Positions 19,610 to 32,028 of a stretch of 64,000 nucleotides of DNA are shown in pieces. The position numbers were made by a program, and so were the translations under genes. The first letter of the stretch is position 1. Every line of letters begins with the position of its first letter. Source of the stretch: a virus (lineage: Duplodnaviria; Caudoviricetes); IMG/VR virus record IMGVR_UViG_2703719303_000002, positions 1-64,000 of that record; one strand, written 5' to 3'. The notes under the pieces are model-generated. The model was given only the letters and a program-made list of their open reading frames with translations, did not search any database and was not told the origin of the DNA.

Positions 19610-20212
19610 TTATTTTCTTTTCTTTTTAATAAAAATTATAATAGCAGCTACAATTATAAAAATTATTATAAATGTAATTACATCAAACATAACCGATTTC
19701 ACACCAACATATGACCTATAGCTATAATATCCATTGTTATAAATAGGTTGAGAACTATGAGTTATAGCTCTATATAAAAAATAATTACTCCAAAAATTTC
19801 CTTTATACCCACCATAAGAATTATAACTATAGTGACTATGGTTATGATTGTAATAGTGATTATGAACCACAGTAGTGTGATAAACATTTATATTTTTCCT
19901 AACTATAACATGTTTTTTAATAGTAGGTATTTTAGCTTTTTTACTTTTCTTTGATGCTATTTTAGTTTTTGGTGCTTTACTAAAGTTTCCTGTTTTAAAT
20001 CCATTTCTTAAAGTAGAATGTTTTATACCTGATGAATGAGTAATACTTTTACTACTAAATGAATGTGTAGATATATGACTTGATGAAGAATGAAAAGAAC
20101 TATGAAAACTTCCAGAATGAAACCCACCATGAACTCCCCTTGCGCTAATGCTAACTGCTATAAGTGAAGCAAAAAATAATGAAATAACTAGTAAACTAAA
20201 TTTTTTTATCAT
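19610..20212 (-). CDS. Secreted/membrane-anchored His/Ser-rich protein
   Basis: Signal peptide, low-complexity HGGFHSGSFHSS region, C-terminal TM plus KKKRK. Confidence 0.75.
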   Translation of the reverse strand: MIKKFSLLVISLFFASLIAVSISARGVHGGFHSGSFHSSFHSSSSHISTHSFSSKSITHSSGIKHSTLRNGFKTGNFSKAPKTKIASKKSKKAKIPTIKKHVIVRKNINVYHTTVVHNHYYNHNHSHYSYNSYGGYKGNFWSNYFLYRAITHSSQPIYNNGYYSYRSYVGVKSVMFDVITFIIIFIIVAAIIIFIKKKRK

Positions 20213-20246
20213 TCAACTTATTCCCCTCTTTTATAATATTTCATCT

Positions 20247-20465
20247 CTAAATTAAAACATTTTTTCTTTTTTTATTTTTTCTATAATTAATAACATTTTC
20301 AGCATATTTATATTGTCTTTTTATATAATCATCTTTTAATGTTCCTCCTGAATAAATCCAATCCCTGACTCTTTGGTAAATGTCATTGAATATATATGGT
20401 TTTAGTAAACCAGAACAATATATTAAATCAGATAACCTATTTATACTTATATTTCTCTTTATCAT
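20247..20465 (-). CDS. Hypothetical protein
   Basis: ORF with RBS AGGAG; RVRDW..SGG..DDYIKRQ. Confidence 0.65.
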   Translation of the reverse strand: MIKRNISINRLSDLIYCSGLLKPYIFNDIYQRVRDWIYSGGTLKDDYIKRQYKYAENVINYRKNKKRKNVLI

Positions 20466-20865
20466 CTATTATCTCCTTTCTAACAGCATTATCTTCCCAT
20501 TCAAGTAATTTATTTATTCTTGCTTCTAACTTAGGTAATATCTTTTGTTTTTGAATTTCTAGGTTATATCCTTTAATAACTAGATTCTTAAGATAAGTTT
20601 TATAGCTAATTATCTTTCCCATTCCCATTACCTCCTTTATACCTTAAATCATTTTCCATCTTATATAGTGAATCAGAAATTTTTTCCAACTTATAATTTA
20701 AATTGTCACTATATAACTTTGTGAGGTTTTCTATTTGCTTTATTTTTCCACTCAATGCATTCCAGTTATCAATGGTTGATTGATTTATAAACGCTTTGTT
20801 ATCTATTGTTTGTCACTTCCCTTCTTATAAAATTCGTATTTTATACGCTTTTAGTGTCTACTACG

Positions 20866-21203
<338 letters not shown>

Positions 21204-21293
21204 ATAAAAAGTGTACTCCCCTATTTGACTCTACTTCCAAAAATATTTTTACAGTTAGTTCTTCATGTGACATAAATCATCTCCACGAATTAG

Positions 21294-21851
21294 CTATTTT
21301 GTACGTTTTATAAAGTGAAAATGCATTGGTAAATCTTTATAGCTTATTTTTTTATAACAGTTTAAATCTTTTATAAAACATTTAAAAAACCCTTTATTGT
21401 TCACTCCTGATTTTGATTCTGCTATATAATTTACATTATTAATTTCTAACACAAAAAACTTTTTAGTTTTAATATCTTGCTTAAACGTATTTAATCGAAA
21501 ATAATCCCAATCAAATTTACCTCCTATTATCCTACCTAATTCACTATACTTACTACTTTTCTTCATATAATAATCTTTATCTGTTCCACCCATAGCTGAC
21601 TTAACAAATCCACTGCAATTGCAATCAACAACATTATCACATTGACGAATCAAAGAACATCCACCACAACATCTATCATCTTTAAATGTAGGACATTGTG
21701 GTTTACCATATGGGATTTTATATTTATTGTTTTTATTTCTATTTCTTGCTTCGAAATTATTACAAATATAAAGTTGTTTCGAATTTTTCACCAAAGTATA
21801 ATTTTTATTATACTTAAAAATCCTTTTAATAAACTTTATTGTTCTCTTCAC
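21294..21851 (-). CDS. Cys-cluster hypothetical protein
   Basis: DDRCCGGC..C..CNC. Confidence 0.6.
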   Translation of the reverse strand: MKRTIKFIKRIFKYNKNYTLVKNSKQLYICNNFEARNRNKNNKYKIPYGKPQCPTFKDDRCCGGCSLIRQCDNVVDCNCSGFVKSAMGGTDKDYYMKKSSKYSELGRIIGGKFDWDYFRLNTFKQDIKTKKFFVLEINNVNYIAESKSGVNNKGFFKCFIKDLNCYKKISYKDLPMHFHFIKRTK

Positions 21852-21869
21852 CCTTTTCTCCTTTCATTT

Positions 21870-23243
21870 CTAAAATAGGCTGCACTTATCTTTTCTATAC
21901 TTAAAAACTTTATTCTTAAATGTTTTTTTATCAATATTATACTTATCGCAATAGCATTTCTTACATAAATAATCTTCATCAGCAACATTACTGAATCCCT
22001 TTTCTTGTCCTGCAACTTTTAACGACATTCCAATCTCTTCTGGATTTAGTTTTTTACCACAGCAAAAACATTCTTTTTTAAAGTATTTTTTAGCAAGTTC
22101 TTCTGATATACCAAGTAATTTCATAACTTTTTGGATTCTTTCTTTTGTCATTTTGAGCTTTGTAATTTCATAAATCTGGCTTTTACCTTGTTTCCATCTT
22201 CCTTCTAACCATTCTTTTAAACTCCATTTTAAATTACTTCCTACACTACATACTTCGTAATTCTTCTCAACTATTTTCATCCATCTACTCCATTGAAAAG
22301 GATAAAAATATTGAGTTAATAAATCTATATAATCACTTTGAAAAGGACATATAAGACATCCACAGCGATTATATCCTAGCTTGTACATATGATTTACTTT
22401 TATATTATTCATAAGAATATAAAGCCAAATATCTATATCTGTCCATTCAAGAATAGGTAAAAACCTTTTCCAATTCTCAGGAACATTATTTTTCTCTCCC
22501 ATTGATTTATTTAAATCATAATCATATTTTGATCTATCTGGAGACTCATCTCTTCGCATCCCCAAAATAAGCAAATACTTTTTGTCCTTATCCAAGTAGT
22601 CTTTCATCCTACCTTCTTTGTAATTACTGCAACAATTTCTATTTGTAACGCATGGAAGAAAATAATTTTTATCTTCGGTTATCCATTCAATAATTCCTTT
22701 TTGGGGATTGTGAATGTTTAACTTATCATTGGGTAGTTCTTTTATGTGTAAATAAGTTTGTGCTGTATCATTTGTCGTATTATTAAAATCAATTTTATAA
22801 TCTTTGTTTTTAAGCAATGGTAAAATTTTATTTACAAAAATATAGAATAAGACATCACTATCTTTTCCACCTGAATGAGCTAACCTTTTTTCGTGATACC
22901 TATATTTCTTTATAAATTTTAAACTTTTACTTACTGACCTATTCTCTAAAAAAATCAACCTATTTTTATTAAGTGATATTTCTTCTTCTAATGTATAATT
23001 GTGAAGTACTTTTACTTGCTTTTTATCTCTTACAGCAACTATATTTTTTTCAAATTTGTATATGTTGTTTTTAACAATTTTTATAATATTATCTTCTATT
23101 TTAAATCTTATTAGTAATTCTTTGTTGCTTGAATTTAGATATATTTTTGTTCCATTTCTCCAACAATTGTTGGGTATCTTTATTCCTGTTTTTTTCTCAA
23201 AGAATAACTTTTCTTCTTCAAAAATTGGTTTCATTTTCTCCAC
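21870..23243 (-). CDS. PAPS reductase-family (PP-loop, Fe-S) protein
   Basis: HSGGKDS, RNCC..K, GMRRDES, RCGCLICP; C-terminal Zn-finger-like Cys pairs. Confidence 0.88.
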   Translation of the reverse strand: MEKMKPIFEEEKLFFEKKTGIKIPNNCWRNGTKIYLNSSNKELLIRFKIEDNIIKIVKNNIYKFEKNIVAVRDKKQVKVLHNYTLEEEISLNKNRLIFLENRSVSKSLKFIKKYRYHEKRLAHSGGKDSDVLFYIFVNKILPLLKNKDYKIDFNNTTNDTAQTYLHIKELPNDKLNIHNPQKGIIEWITEDKNYFLPCVTNRNCCSNYKEGRMKDYLDKDKKYLLILGMRRDESPDRSKYDYDLNKSMGEKNNVPENWKRFLPILEWTDIDIWLYILMNNIKVNHMYKLGYNRCGCLICPFQSDYIDLLTQYFYPFQWSRWMKIVEKNYEVCSVGSNLKWSLKEWLEGRWKQGKSQIYEITKLKMTKERIQKVMKLLGISEELAKKYFKKECFCCGKKLNPEEIGMSLKVAGQEKGFSNVADEDYLCKKCYCDKYNIDKKTFKNKVFKYRKDKCSLF

Positions 23244-23489
23244 CTTATTTAATTCAAATTGTCTGAACTAAATAAGGATTAAAACATACTTACCTTTAAT
23301 CTGGTTTCATGATCTTTTGCATTTTCTATGCTCATCACTCTTACCGCCTTAAAGTAAAAATAATGAATATTCTTAGGCGTGTTTTTTACGTTTTAGCCTG
23401 TTTTTTTTGCAAAATAATAAGTGACTAAATTACTATTTTGCTATACAACCTCTTTGTGAGGAACTTGAGAATAAAACCAAAATTGTAAC

Positions 23490-23873
23490 TCAAAGAGTTA
23501 CTAATCCTTTACAACAACTATCAAGAATTTGAACGTTTGATAATTGTCTATTAGGAAATTTTTTATTGAAATCATTTATATATTTATCCAAATATTTTTG
23601 CATATCTTCCTCTGGAGAATATGTTTTTATTAAAAAATACATCTCCTTTTCTCTCCTGTTTCCTCGAAAAGTTGTATATCTGAATTTAACCTTATATATG
23701 CTTATAGGAATCTCTTCAAGAAAACTTATAACTTGTCTAGGGTGTATTTTCTTTTTAAAAGTACTTTGAATTTTCTCTTTTGAAAAATCATCTTTGTCTG
23801 GTAAAAAAGTAATACCATCTATAAGCTTCAACATAGCGTTTATATTAGACATCTTAAAAACAGATCCTTTCAT
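23490..23873 (-). CDS. Hypothetical protein
   Basis: ORF track; YTTFRGNRRE. Confidence 0.6.
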   Translation of the reverse strand: MKGSVFKMSNINAMLKLIDGITFLPDKDDFSKEKIQSTFKKKIHPRQVISFLEEIPISIYKVKFRYTTFRGNRREKEMYFLIKTYSPEEDMQKYLDKYINDFNKKFPNRQLSNVQILDSCCKGLVTL

Positions 23874-24150
23874 ACTAATTGCTATAAGCTATATGACTTT
23901 TACTTGTGCGAATTTATTTTTTTCTCCCTTCTTCCACACATAATGGGCGTATACAATAGAGTTGATCTTAGCATCATTAGTAAAACTCATTCTCTATCCC
24001 TCCACATTAATTAATAAATAAAAGCAACATAAGCAAATATATAAAAATAAATATTATAAATATCATGTTCTGCAAATGAATTAAAGCAGAAAAAAATGAT
24101 ATAATCGTCATTGTTCCGACTACGAACAGTTTCTTACTCATTATTTTCAT

Positions 24151-25797
24151 TTATAATATATCTCCTGTTGTATATCCTTTTAAAAATTCGAAGTTATCTT
24201 TAACATCTTTATAATCTTGTATCATAATTTGCTTTTTCTCTCTTCCTCTAAAATATGAGACTTGAGGTATTCCCATAACACTAAGACTTCTATACAAACC
24301 GCTACAAGTAGTCTTAAAGTCTTGTATTTTATCAATAGAATTCCAATATACAAACTCTATATCTCTAAAATTAAATTTTATATGCTTCTTTATCATTATG
24401 GTAAAGTCTACTGGCACAACATTCTCCAAAACCACATTTATTGGTTGAAAATTTTTACCTGTTAACCTATTTATTTTCTCTATTTGCTTAATCAAATTTA
24501 ATGTTAAAAATTCTGCTTTTATTAACAAGTCAAACTTATCTACCTTTTTAAACTCCTTATTTTTTAATTTTTGTTCTAATGTATCAAGCAATTTTTCTAA
24601 ATTTTCTTTTTTTATTTCTATTCCTGCTGCTCTTTCATGCCCTTGTGATTTTGCTAATTTTGTATTATTTACAATAGTTTTAAAATCTATATTAGACCTT
24701 AAACTTCCTATATATTTATCAAAATCTTTTGCTGGATTTGGGTAACTTAAAACTATTGCTGGCTTATCAAATTTACTACAAACTTTTGTAGCAATAACTC
24801 CAGCTATGCCTTTATTCTCAACAAATCCAAAAGATACTTTTTTGTTTTCGGAGTTATTTTGCTTCATTTGAAATTCCAAATTGATCATAGATATATCAAC
24901 CAACTTATTCTGCTTTTCCTTTATTTCTTTTAATTTTTTAAGTAATTTTTTTGACTGTTTTTTTTCTTCTTCAAATAAAAAATCAATTGCTATTTTATTT
25001 TCTCTCATCCTTATAGCTGCATTTACCAGCGGTGCCACAGAAAATAATATGGATGTACTATTAAAATCATACGTTCCTATAGCAGTCTTTAATCCAACAT
25101 TAACAAGGTGCTTAAACCCCATAGTTATAATTAACCTGTTCTCCATATATGATTCACCAACATCCATTACATCCGCTAAGATTCCTGCTGCTGCTAAATC
25201 AACATAATTCAAAGCATATTTTGTTTTCATTAGGCTATCTATAGCAAGACAGCCTTTCCATACTACTCCTGCTCCACTTAATTGTTTATTTGGGTAATCT
25301 TCAAACTGACTATTAACAATACAAACATTCTGATTGTTAGGCTCATCATGATGATCATATATTATAACTTCAACCCCATTTTGTTTTAAATAATCTTGCT
25401 CCTTGTGGTTGCCTGTACTAGAGTCTACAGCAATTAAAATATCTGTATTTTGGATAATATTATCTAAATTAATACTGCTTAAACCATGTTCTTTTCCAAT
25501 ACTATAAGCAATATCAACATTAGGTGTAAAGTTCAACAAATATTTTCTCATAATTGTTCCTGCGGCAGTACCATCTAAGTCACAATCATAGAAGATTGTA
25601 AATTTCTTATTTTCTTTTATTCCTTTTATTATTATTTCTGCTGCTTCAAATATTCTTTTTAATTTACTTAATGGAATGAAATCAGAAGGTAATGGATTAA
25701 GAAAATGTTTTAAATTTTTTATCCCTCTATTTCTCAAAATATTTTCTATTGATAAATCTGTAGGTTTTTTGTTTAAATTTACCCATTGTTTTTCCAC
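24151..25797 (-). CDS. recJ: RecJ-like DHH ssDNA exonuclease
   Basis: DCDLDG, DHH, LSGAGV, ILADVM, GSLRS, GHERAAG. Confidence 0.92.
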   Translation of the reverse strand: MEKQWVNLNKKPTDLSIENILRNRGIKNLKHFLNPLPSDFIPLSKLKRIFEAAEIIIKGIKENKKFTIFYDCDLDGTAAGTIMRKYLLNFTPNVDIAYSIGKEHGLSSINLDNIIQNTDILIAVDSSTGNHKEQDYLKQNGVEVIIYDHHDEPNNQNVCIVNSQFEDYPNKQLSGAGVVWKGCLAIDSLMKTKYALNYVDLAAAGILADVMDVGESYMENRLIITMGFKHLVNVGLKTAIGTYDFNSTSILFSVAPLVNAAIRMRENKIAIDFLFEEEKKQSKKLLKKLKEIKEKQNKLVDISMINLEFQMKQNNSENKKVSFGFVENKGIAGVIATKVCSKFDKPAIVLSYPNPAKDFDKYIGSLRSNIDFKTIVNNTKLAKSQGHERAAGIEIKKENLEKLLDTLEQKLKNKEFKKVDKFDLLIKAEFLTLNLIKQIEKINRLTGKNFQPINVVLENVVPVDFTIMIKKHIKFNFRDIEFVYWNSIDKIQDFKTTCSGLYRSLSVMGIPQVSYFRGREKKQIMIQDYKDVKDNFEFLKGYTTGDIL

Positions 25798-26825
25798 TCG
25801 ATAACAGGCACTTCCTTTCTATAAACGCTATATAAGATTCTCCAAGTATCTACATTGTCACAAGGAGATTCTTTTTCTTTTTTCATTAAATTCGCTTCAT
25901 CCTTGATTATAAAGATATTTACAGTCTTTACTGGATACATTAGTTTCTTAATGTTCTCATAAACTTCTTCCTCAGTTACATCTTTATCTAAAGCTAAAGT
26001 TATTGTCACATTCATTCGCAACAACTTTTCTGCCTGTACTTCTGAAATGCACTTTCCTCCTATTGCTACTACATTCTTAATTCCTATCCCCCAGAGCTTT
26101 ATAACAGATTTTTCGCTTTCTACAACTATAACTTCACTTTTTTCTTTTATATATTTTTCATTCTGCCAAGCTCCAAAAAGTATTTTTCCTTTAGGGTAAA
26201 CATATATTGGAAAATATTTATTTTTATCAATTAACTCATCATCTAATAATCTTCCTTTTACTCCTACTATTTCTCCTGCCGACTCTTCTCTGATAGGAAA
26301 TATTATTCTTTGACTTATTACATCTAAAAAACATTCCCAATATTTTTGAGTTTTTTCTGAAATCCCTTCATCTAACCATTTTCTATTGGGTATCTTTACA
26401 AATTGATTTAAAATGTTTTCTGGGAAAGACTTAAGAATATCTTCTTCTGTTTCCTTTTTACCTGTTTCAACAAAATCTAAAAACTTCAAAAAGCTTGGTT
26501 TTTGTTGTTTAGGTTCATAGAAGTATGATAAACCAAGAATATTAGTTATCTTTCTCATAGCCTTTGAAAAAGATAACTTACATAAGAATTCAACTAAAGC
26601 TATAATATCTCTACATCTTCTCTGCTGAAAAATTGCACGAGTAAAATCTTCGCAATTCAAATTATCGTTATCAATATAGCAGCAAATAGCAGTTGGATTA
26701 TTACCATCTGGGTTTGCCGCTTTAATTGTATTGCCATCTTTTCTTACATTATGGCAACCCACTTCTTCTAAAATTTTAATAATCTTTTCAGGAGTTAATA
26801 ATTCTTTTAATTCCTTTGCTGTCAT
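25779..26825 (-). CDS. Phage DNA primase (TOPRIM)
   Basis: RIIFPIR..GVKGR, VVESEKS, ALDKD. Confidence 0.85.
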   Translation of the reverse strand: MTAKELKELLTPEKIIKILEEVGCHNVRKDGNTIKAANPDGNNPTAICCYIDNDNLNCEDFTRAIFQQRRCRDIIALVEFLCKLSFSKAMRKITNILGLSYFYEPKQQKPSFLKFLDFVETGKKETEEDILKSFPENILNQFVKIPNRKWLDEGISEKTQKYWECFLDVISQRIIFPIREESAGEIVGVKGRLLDDELIDKNKYFPIYVYPKGKILFGAWQNEKYIKEKSEVIVVESEKSVIKLWGIGIKNVVAIGGKCISEVQAEKLLRMNVTITLALDKDVTEEEVYENIKKLMYPVKTVNIFIIKDEANLMKKEKESPCDNVDTWRILYSVYRKEVPVIEWKNNG

Positions 26826-27084
26826 TTTATCACTCCATATAAAGTAGATTTTACTTTTTTCTCTCTTTCACTTTAAAAAATATTTCATCTAATAAACCGC
26901 TATATCCTATTTTAGATATATAATAATCCGTATTTTCTTCATCATAAATCTTAAAATCATTTTTGTTTAAAATATAAATTATTATGTTTAAAATTTCTAT
27001 CAAAATATTAAAAGATTTACTTTTCATATATTCCCTCCTTCTACAATTACTGTACCATACTAAGTGTTGTAAGTCAAATAAAAC

Positions 27085-29173
<2,089 letters not shown>

Positions 29174-29196
29174 TTGATTTCTTATAAAGTCAGCTT

Positions 29197-29613
29197 TTAT
29201 AATGTATCACTTCCTATTTTTTCATCTAAGTTATCTTCAATGTAAAACTCTTCAATTGGATTTCTAACTCTATTTTCACTATTAGAACAGATCATTGTAT
29301 ACAGAATTGTTAATATATCCTTACTACATTTCTCATAATATATTTTATGGAATTTTTGCCCTCTTACTACATTAGAATTAAATTTTAATAATTTATAGCT
29401 TGTTGTTTTAGTACAAATTTCACCACATTCTTTATATAACCTAGTACTAATTATCAATTCATCAATTTCATTTTTAACAAAATCATACTGTTTTTTCATA
29501 TTTATATCATCATTAAAAAACACTATACCAACTCTTAGTATTTGTTTTTTACTGTTTAATTCATTTATTAATTTTCTTAATCCTTCATCTTTTTCTATCT
29601 TTTCTTTTATCAT
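29197..29613 (-). CDS. Hypothetical protein
   Basis: ORF in operon. Confidence 0.6.
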   Translation of the reverse strand: MIKEKIEKDEGLRKLINELNSKKQILRVGIVFFNDDINMKKQYDFVKNEIDELIISTRLYKECGEICTKTTSYKLLKFNSNVVRGQKFHKIYYEKCSKDILTILYTMICSNSENRVRNPIEEFYIEDNLDEKIGSDTL

Positions 29614-29899
29614 CCCTAAACACCCTTCTTCTACACTCTTTATTCAAGTAATATGGACATAGATAACAACTAAACTTTAGTGTAAAATATTCTTTATTAA
29701 AAGTTAATAATTGTTTATTTCTACTAAGATATTTCTTATGATAACACTCAATTGTGTTATAAACACTGAATATGCTTGCAATATTTTGTGAAAGCCATCC
29801 CTGATAAAATTCTTCTTTGTTTCTCAATCCATTTATGAACCCATCTAACAAAACCCTTTTTATCTCCTCATACTCATTCGGGGAGCACTCTTTTATCAA
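29585..29899 (-). CDS. Hypothetical protein
   Basis: RBS GGAGG, TTG start. Confidence 0.6.
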   Translation of the reverse strand: MIKECSPNEYEEIKRVLLDGFINGLRNKEEFYQGWLSQNIASIFSVYNTIECYHKKYLSRNKQLLTFNKEYFTLKFSCYLCPYYLNKECRRRVFRDDKRKDRKR

Positions 29900-29935
29900 T
29901 ATCGTAAACCTCCTCTCGCCAATATATTAATGCTA

Positions 29936-31447
29936 TTAATTCTTGCTCTTTTTATCTTTTCCCATAATCTTTTTTAAACCAAAATAGGCAAACCCTAATT
30001 CTTTAAACATTATCTTCCCTTTATCAACTTCATAAATGATAAAATCTTTATCTTTTCCTCCTCTGTTTTTTTCAACTTTTGTCATATAATAAGTTTTATC
30101 TACACTTAATATTTCAACTTGTCCATTATCTGGGTTATTAGGTTGTTGAATTTTCACACCTATGTTTTCTTTATCTTTATAATCTAATATTCTTGACATT
30201 TTCATCATATCTAAATTATGCTTCATCTGTTTTCCTGAAGCTGTGGCTGTGTTATCTAAAACTTTATTTACTACTGCTTCATCTAATAATTGAAACGTTA
30301 GCCATAAAGCCATGTCTAGTCCACGTTTCTTAGGTGATCCAACTATCTTTTTAAACAATTCACTTGTTGCAACAAATTGCTCCCAACTCGCCATATTACT
30401 TTTGGAAAATCTAAAAACCTTATATGTGTCATAAAAGACATGACTTATTCCTTTTAGCTTAACTTTTTTTAGGTTTATTTTGAGATTATCATAAGAATAA
30501 TCTTCAAGTTCCAGAAAATTAATATTGTGATTCTTTTCTATAAATTCCGCTGCCATCTGCACAGCTTCGTCTTCTTCTTCATTGCAAGTACCAGTAACAA
30601 TTTTTTCTTGATCTACATAAACACCTGTTTTGGGTGCAATTATATTATTAGTAACTGTAGTAAGTAACATTTCTTTCCACTCTTTTTCATCCTGCTCGTT
30701 TACAAAAATCGCTAAAGGTGTATTCTTAAAATATGCTAAATACATTGCTATAAAACATACTTCTCTACTCTTTCCTAATCCTGAACCCATTCCACTACCA
30801 TATACACATCTCGTTCTCCATCCTCTTGTAAATGTGTTTAGAATAGGAAATGGTAATGCAACCCCTATATCTGGCTTCTTCTTTAAATTAGTATAGAATT
30901 CTTTCATTCCTTTTCCTAAATCTACTGAATCATTTAAATTTTTTATATATGAACCTACTTTTGCTAATTGCAAGTCATAAGCTTTTAGTATTTCATCAGT
31001 TTTCCTTTTTTTTAACTGATCTAAATTATTTCTTACTGGAAAACCTCGTCTATCTAACTCCCTAATTAAATTCCACGTTTTTAATTGCTGATAAATTGTA
31101 TCAAAATTTTCATAGTTTGCAGCAACTTTAACTAATCTATTTATTGCATTATTACCACCAAAATTTTTAAATGTTTTTTGTGTTTCTTCATCCATTTTAG
31201 ATACTTGTATACTAACAGTTGTCTCATTTATTTTTTGAACCTGTTTATATGTTAGAGTAAGTACTAAATACAACAATCTTAAATTATCATCTATAAAGTC
31301 ATATTTAGCTGAAATTAATTCCTCATATTCTACAAGAGTATCAGGTACTCTATATAAATATCCTATTGCTAAAGATTCTGTTGTTATATCTTGTAAAACT
31401 TCCATTTTATCGCCTGCCTTTAATGTTAATTTTCTAAACCCATTCAT
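29936..31447 (-). CDS. DnaB-like (SF4) replicative helicase
   Basis: Walker A GSGLGKS, NEQ, FYDTYK, TFQL, KNRGG. Confidence 0.85.
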   Translation of the reverse strand: MNGFRKLTLKAGDKMEVLQDITTESLAIGYLYRVPDTLVEYEELISAKYDFIDDNLRLLYLVLTLTYKQVQKINETTVSIQVSKMDEETQKTFKNFGGNNAINRLVKVAANYENFDTIYQQLKTWNLIRELDRRGFPVRNNLDQLKKRKTDEILKAYDLQLAKVGSYIKNLNDSVDLGKGMKEFYTNLKKKPDIGVALPFPILNTFTRGWRTRCVYGSGMGSGLGKSREVCFIAMYLAYFKNTPLAIFVNEQDEKEWKEMLLTTVTNNIIAPKTGVYVDQEKIVTGTCNEEEDEAVQMAAEFIEKNHNINFLELEDYSYDNLKINLKKVKLKGISHVFYDTYKVFRFSKSNMASWEQFVATSELFKKIVGSPKKRGLDMALWLTFQLLDEAVVNKVLDNTATASGKQMKHNLDMMKMSRILDYKDKENIGVKIQQPNNPDNGQVEILSVDKTYYMTKVEKNRGGKDKDFIIYEVDKGKIMFKELGFAYFGLKKIMGKDKKSKN

Positions 31448-31456
31448 TTTTAATTC

Positions 31457-32008
31457 TTATTTGTTCTCTCCACATACAAACAACTTCGTTTTATCTATCT
31501 TTATTGTCAAAGCCCTTGATTCGTCTTTTTCTAAAGATGTTATATCAAACCCTAATCCTTTTAGATACTCAGCTGCTTTTACTCCATTGGGGTTTCTTTT
31601 TACTACAATCCTTACTTTGTCGTAATTATCTTTTACCGCTTCAATTTCCTTCTTTTCCTCATTCTCGATTAATTCAACAGATCCTCCATGAAAAGAGCAA
31701 TTCTCTATAGTTCTTCTAACTATTCCTTCTGATGTAAAATGACTTCCTTCATACTCGAAGTTATAGTATCGTCCAGTGCCATAATCAACTGCTTTATTTT
31801 CATTCATTTCCAAAGCTAGATTGTTGAACTCGTCAAATATCAAATTAAAGTTCTTCTGAATTTTTTTAAGCCTTTTCATATATCCTGTTTCCTTAAGTAT
31901 CTTTATCTTTTCGTTTTTTATTTTTTTTAAATATCTTTCCTCAACACTATTTATTGCTTTTTTTTCAACCTTATCTATAAATTCTAGACATTCTCTTTTT
32001 TTAATCAT
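31457..32008 (-). CDS. Hypothetical protein
   Basis: ORF with RBS GGAGG. Confidence 0.7.
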   Translation of the reverse strand: MIKKRECLEFIDKVEKKAINSVEERYLKKIKNEKIKILKETGYMKRLKKIQKNFNLIFDEFNNLALEMNENKAVDYGTGRYYNFEYEGSHFTSEGIVRRTIENCSFHGGSVELIENEEKKEIEAVKDNYDKVRIVVKRNPNGVKAAEYLKGLGFDITSLEKDESRALTIKIDKTKLFVCGENK

Positions 32009-32028
32009 TTTGATTTCCTCCCTTGATA

